From Eledone cirrhosa (lineage: Eukaryota), in assembly GCA_964016885.1 (NCBI GenBank), contig OZ024740.1, positions 410,874,001 to 410,938,000 of the forward strand: 64,000 bases of DNA, written 5' to 3'. Shown piece by piece: positions 58,310-64,000 of the stretch. Position numbers and translations under genes: made by a program. Below the pieces are notes generated by a model. That model saw only the letters and a program-made list of their open reading frames with translations, made no database searches and was not told the origin of the DNA. Every line of letters begins with the position of its first letter. Within the stretch, counting starts at the first letter, position 1.

Positions 58310-59070
58310 GATCTATCTAGGGCGGGTAAAATTCCCGAGATCCATGGACGAGTTCTCTCCAGCAGTCTCTGTCCCTCATTATCGCTGCCATGCCCTGCGT
58401 CTCCAACAGACCAGTGTCTATCCTTAGGGCATCAACATCCGTTAACCTTGGTCTTCCTCTTCCAGTGTGTCCATGTAGGGGCTCCCACAGGAGCACTGAG
58501 TGCAATGTCAACTCTGGATGTCGGTGAGCATGTCCAGTTAACCTCAGTCTCCTCTGTGTCACTTTTGAGCTGACTTTTGGGAGGCTCCCATACAGCTCTG
58601 ATGGGATGACAGAGTTCTTTGAGATACTGGCTGGAGTGCTCCAGGGAGATACATTCGCTTTCTTACCTTTTTATCATCGTAGTGGACTATTGTATCCGCC
58701 TTGCACTGGAGAAACACCAGGACTCTGGTTTTACTGTAGCACCGGCTCAGAGCAGGAGAGTTAAGGCGAAAAAGGTATCAGATGCTGAATTTGCCGACGA
58801 TATAGTTTTGGTGACAAATACAGTGAAGGAGGCAGAGGATTTGATGCGGGAGGTTGAGACTGTGTCGATGAGTGTGGGGCTGAGAATGAATGAGACTAAA
58901 ACAAAATATCTGGTAGAGAATGTTGATAAACCAGAGGGGATCACTAATGTAGGCGGGAAGCCGCTAGAATTGGTTGAGGGCTTCCTGTATTTGGGAGCAA
59001 AGATTGGGAATACGGAAGATGATGTGGTTGAGAGGAAGAGCAAAGCCTGGGCGGCGTGCCACAGCTATGA
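58310..59070. mobile_element. RTE-like LINE fragment with an internal inversion
   Basis: Minus 58317-58600 is the C-terminus (RRLRLTGHAHRH..LLWEP..GRGRPR..MRDRDCWR). Plus 58605-59070 is RT core (YLFIIVVDY, EFADDI, GLRMNETKTK, FLYLG). Confidence 0.85.
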
Positions 59071-60982
59071 CAGGTATATATGAAAATAAGATATATAAAC
59101 AAATACTAAACGTTTATAAACAATTGACATATGTGTAGTCTCGCTTTCAAAGGAAAATATTTTTCAGATTAAAACGATGAACGACTTCACAAAGGCCGAT
59201 GAAAATTTCCTTTCCTTTCCAACCATACTACCGAGAAGATAGCTGGTCACAAATAAGAGAAAGAGAAAGAGAAAGAGAAGAACAAATACATGCTGGCACA
59301 ATGTAAGAAAGAGATAGATAGTGATAGAGTGAAAGACACACCCACGCACACACACACACACACACACATATATATGTGTGTGTGTGTGTGTGATTTATTC
59401 ATAAATTGCTTACAGAATGTCCTTTTGTTTCATCTACTATCTGTTTTCAGATATGTGTGTGTCTGTCTGTATTATGCAACCAGGCACTAAACATGACTAC
59501 ACACCCAATCACACATATATGATATGCGTATATAGCTGTTGTCCCCTTACCTTCTACTTATTTGTGTATTAAATAATGTGCTCAGTCATTCATCATGGAC
59601 ATTTCAAAGTAGTAAGTGGATGGGAACCTATTTTTTCTAAAAGCTTTTCATTAAATAATATTTGCATTACGAATCAACTACACCTTTCTCCTCAGATAGT
59701 AACATGCTGCAACTCGCTTTATGGTAATATTTAGATAATAACTAATTTGGCATTGATGAATCTTTTTGTCTTTTCCTGATACGTATTAGGTATATTTAAT
59801 TTAGTTCTTAATTATGAATGTATATTTAATCGTTGTCTCATCATCTCCATTGAGGACAGAGGCTCATGAATTTATTTTCAATATAATCATATTATGGTTA
59901 CATAATTATATTTTTCTTCGAAGGAGAGGGGTGAATTGGTAGAATCATCTGTGCGTTGAACAAAAATCATTGTGGTGTTTATTTGCGTATCTTTAGGTTC
60001 TAATTTCAAATCTGTCCGATGCTGACTTTGACTTACATTCTTGGAATAAACAGATCACTACTCGCAACACTTAAAATATATAGCAATGTTTCTACATTAT
60101 AAATATTACAATTGTTATTTTGCTGTAAAACGTCTGTTCAGTTAAAATACTGTTACAGGTTTAAATTTAGTGAACACAGTCTTTGTATCTTCTATTCTCT
60201 TTTTTATTCTGATTATTTCGTCAGCTCTTCGTCCAAGTTTCCACGCTTGCATGGGCTTAAAACGTTTATTCCGGTTTAATATGGAGCTAAAGCCATTGCG
60301 ACTAAACACACTAATCTGCCACAAAGTTAACTGTAACTGCTATTGCTATTAATTTACAGTTGAGTAAATTGGAGCAATGTGAAATATGAAGTGAGGGGAT
60401 TGAAACCACAACCTTACATTCATTATCCAACTCCACGTGACTTTTACAACAGTATTGAAATTAATTCAATACTGTGAGATACTTAACTATATGATTTTGT
60501 TTTCCTACAGAAACCGTAAACTCTTCCTTGTCATGCAACTGTAGAAACTGTGAGATATTTTCTTTACCAACTACAGGTGCTTGAAATAATAAAAATTCAA
60601 CATTGAAAATGATGATAATGTATAGAATGTTTAAGGTCATTCCCCGCTGTGGAAAATACTCATCAATCATCTTATATTTTGAAAATGATTTCTACAAACG
60701 TATTCTAAACACATACTTTCTCACCCACATTCAATAACACACAAACAGACACACACATATGTATCTTGTATCTTTCTCGAAAACATGATAGCGCCTAGCA
60801 ACCATATCGGGATTAAATTCGGAGCCTCAAATTTTCATAACTTAATAAGGAGATATTTGATGCTCTACTATTTCTGCAAATTCACAACACTGGTTGCAAA
60901 ACATATTAAAAACAAAAGGGCGTTCTCTTTAAGTATTAGGAATTTTCTCACCATAATTTATAGATTAGTTGTACATCAAATA

Positions 60983-61188
60983 TTGTTTCTACTTTAGGCA
61001 CAAGGCAGCAATTTTGTGGGAGGGGAAAGTCGATTAAATCGACACCAGTGCATTACTGGTGCGTTATTTTATCGACCCCGTAAGGTTGAAAGGCAAAGCT
61101 AATCTCCGCGTGATTTGAACTCAGATCGTTATGCCATAGAGCAAACTGTCCGACGCTTTACCGATACTGCCAAGGCCGGTAGATTTGC
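60983..61188 (-). mobile_element. tRNA-derived SINE with a 17-bp TSD
   Basis: AGTTGTACATCAAATAT at 60967-60983 and 61189-61205. Confidence 0.85.
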
Positions 61189-61240
61189 AGTTGTACATCA
61201 AATATAGGACGCGTTTGAAATATTCACTATTAATTTTAAA

Positions 61241-61603
61241 AGGTGGTGAATTGGCAGTATCGGTAGAGGGTCGGACGCCATGCTTTGCAGCACAGTTACG
61301 TCCCTTTACGGACTGAGTTCAAATCTCGACGAGGTTAACTTTGCCTTTCATCCTTACGGGGTCGATAAAATAAAGTACTGGGTAATTGCTGGCCTTGTGC
61401 CAAAAGTAGAAACAATTATTAAGGGCGGTGGATTGGCATTATCGGTAGAGGGTCGGACGCCATGCTTTGACGTTACGTGCCATTCTGAGTTCAAATCCCG
61501 CCGAGGTTAACTTTGCCTTTCATCCTTACGGGGTCGATAAAATAAAGTACTATTAATGTACTGAGATAATTGCTGGCCTTGTGCAAAAAGTAGAAACAAT
61601 TAT
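61241..61603 (+). mobile_element. Tandem dimer of the main SINE
   Basis: Copies at 61241-61420 and 61423-61603. Confidence 0.88.
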
Positions 61604-62162
61604 TTATTTAATTTTAGATCTTATATCGTAAATCGTGATTAATAGTGTAATTGTATCTTAGTTACCCATAGTCTAATTACAGGTCCATCCTATTCTTGTT
61701 GGTCGAATTGACAGGAAAATATCTCAATTGTTCTATAGGTTGGGAAAAATAGACATTGGCGTATACACGGGTAAACACATATATACAGAAACATACACAA
61801 ACACACACACCACTCACACGCACACTCGTACACACAAACGCATACACATCCGCACATACACACACACACGAATACACATCCGCACATGCACACACACACG
61901 CTCATATATATACACGTATATATGAATATTTATGTATGTATTATAATTGTTTCTGATTTAGGCTCGATGAGAACAATTTGGAGAGAGGAAAGTCGATGAA
62001 ATTAAGTCCAGAGCGTTACTGCTACATTATTTTATATTTTATCGATCTCATAAAGATGATAGGTAAAGATAACGTCGGTGGGATCTGAACTCTGAATGTA
62101 AATGGCCGTAACTATATGCTGCAAAACATTGTATATTGATGCTGCCAATCCATATATATATA

Positions 62163-62448
62163 TAACAAAGGAATTGTGGTGAGGGACCAGATGGACAATA
62201 ACGCACAAGAGTACTCAATACTTAGGGTAGTCGAGTGGGAAATAGGAAAAAGTATGACCCCAGCGGCAGAGCGCAAGCCGTTTCGACGGCTATTTCTGGA
62301 CTGCCAAGTGCGGTAGATTGGCAGTTGTACATCAAATATACGACGCGTTTGAAATATTCATTATTTATTTAATTTTACATCTTATATCGTCCAGAAATAG
62401 CCGTCGAAACGGCTTGAGCTCTGCCGCCGGGGTCATACTTTTTCCTAT
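62163..62448. repeat. Family G pLTR palindrome with a locally templated spacer
   Basis: 62241-62300 is the reverse complement of 62390-62448. The spacer 62301-62390 matches 61167-61230 joined to 61600-61629. Confidence 0.85.
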
Positions 62449-62756
62449 ATATATATATATTATATATATATATATATTTATATGGTATAATAATATGGTT
62501 AATGTAGGGATTAATATGTCACTAATTATAGATTTATGTTTGTGGGGTTAACCCAGACAATCTTCGAACTATACGATACTAGCAATGTTTTGTAAATATC
62601 AAGTTGTTCCTGATATCACATTGAAAATCATAACATAGTACAAGGATATATCCGTGAGATTATCGCTGCTGCTCATATGTCGCTCATGATTTCCATTAAT
62701 GTTAGATTAGGATGAGAAACTTCTGAATACAAAGTGTTAGTTTACTTATTTGTATA

Positions 62757-63268
62757 TCTTTATATATATAAAAGCGAGGATGTGTGTGTGTCTGTGTACA
62801 ACTTTGCATACTTAAGACTTTTACAATTACCAACTGAATTTGACCACATTTTATGTGCACGTTGCACAAGTCGCTAAGATTATCACATCACAAACATTTT
62901 TCAAATCGACCCACACTGAGCAATAAAAAATCGATATCAAAATTATCGGTAGCAAAATTGATGTAAGGGAGATAACCAACTTTATTGACAATCCTTATAA
63001 AAATGGGAGATAACCAACATTATTGACAATCCTTATAAAGGGACTGCTTATTTTGACAGGTTGGGGACAAATAATTGTTTCTATTTTAGGCACAAGGCCA
63101 GCAATTACCCTGTACATTACTGGTAGTTTATTTTATCGACCTCGTAAGGATGAAAGGCAAAGGTAACCTTGGCGGGATTTGGGGACAAATAATGTTCTTC
63201 TTTTACTTCCTAGCTGTATATTCTTAGCATAATTTCAAACCCCGAGCAACGCCGGGTAAATCTGCTAG
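62757..63268 (+). mobile_element. Non-autonomous Helitron with a nested partial SINE (63071-63181)
   Basis: A|TCTTTATATATATAAA start, 3' hairpin CCCGAGCAACGCCGGG, CTAG|T end. Confidence 0.8.
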
Positions 63269-64000
63269 TATGAAATATGTTTGTATATATGTAATTATAT
63301 ATGTATCCACTTGTAACTCTGGGTAGACGTGTAGGGTACCGTAGTCACATAAATCATGACTTGTGCACTTTACACTTGGTGAAGGAGGACATCCCCTCTT
63401 CTGTTCTAAACACCACCAGTTTCTTCCAGAACCAGATAGAAAGGAGGAATCGACTCTAATACTGGAGTCGTAGTTTTGTATTGATCTGGAAATGATGAAG
63501 GTTAAAATAAGCCTCGGTAGGCTTTGAATTCTGAGAACACAGAGAGCCGGCATTAATATTAGATAGCATTCTATTTGATGTTTTATCCAACACTGTCAAT
63601 TCGCCGCTTTTTGTTCTGTATATTTACTATACTTAACTACACATGTATTTAAATATAATAAATATGTGTGTGTCTGCTTGTGCTTCCTAAATGGATTTTC
63701 TCCAACGCCCACACGGGTGTCTGCCAGGTACTATGCGTTGCCAAGTGGCAACTTGAAATTTGGTCTAGGACTGCTTATTCAATATAAAGGTCATATCTAA
63801 AGGTTGTTCCTAAATTTGCCAACTGACCACCCAGTGCTATGGGAATTATCTTCTCCACAAACACACCTGATCATCGGTTCCTCCGGTAAATACTTTTCAG
63901 CACAGTCACTGCGCTAGGAATTGAACACCGATAAACTGTTGTCTCAGTTTTCCATGCTTGCTTGCTATGCGGAGTTACCGATAATCAGGTCAATGGTAGG

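Overview
AT-rich animal genomic DNA; the SINE, LINE and microsatellite content resembles a cephalopod (octopus-like) genome, which is my inference. I see no host protein-coding exon. Most ORFs in the track are (TA)n/(CA)n microsatellite artefacts. The window is a dense mosaic of retroelements: RTE-clade LINEs (1-2020, 3330-3900, 32184-34556, 58310-59070), a CR1/L2-type RT relic, two tandem L1/Tx1-type LINEs (38298-46918, the second with a 15-bp TSD), three Penelope-like elements (PLEs) with RT plus GIY-YIG (25288-30228, 36150-38297, 47596-53072), Helitron-like and pogo-like non-autonomous elements, and many tRNA-derived SINEs. The main hidden signal is RNA-level. Folding by eye finds seven sequence-unrelated type I hammerhead ribozyme (HHR) families with recognisable cores, plus three decayed ones. 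They sit in PLE pseudo-LTRs or in short non-coding elements, often palindromic with 3' ends outward, embedded in (TA)n tracts. Most have a palindromic minimal stem III and a poly(A) signal just after the cleavage site. Two families carry the compensatory U3-A8 core variant.
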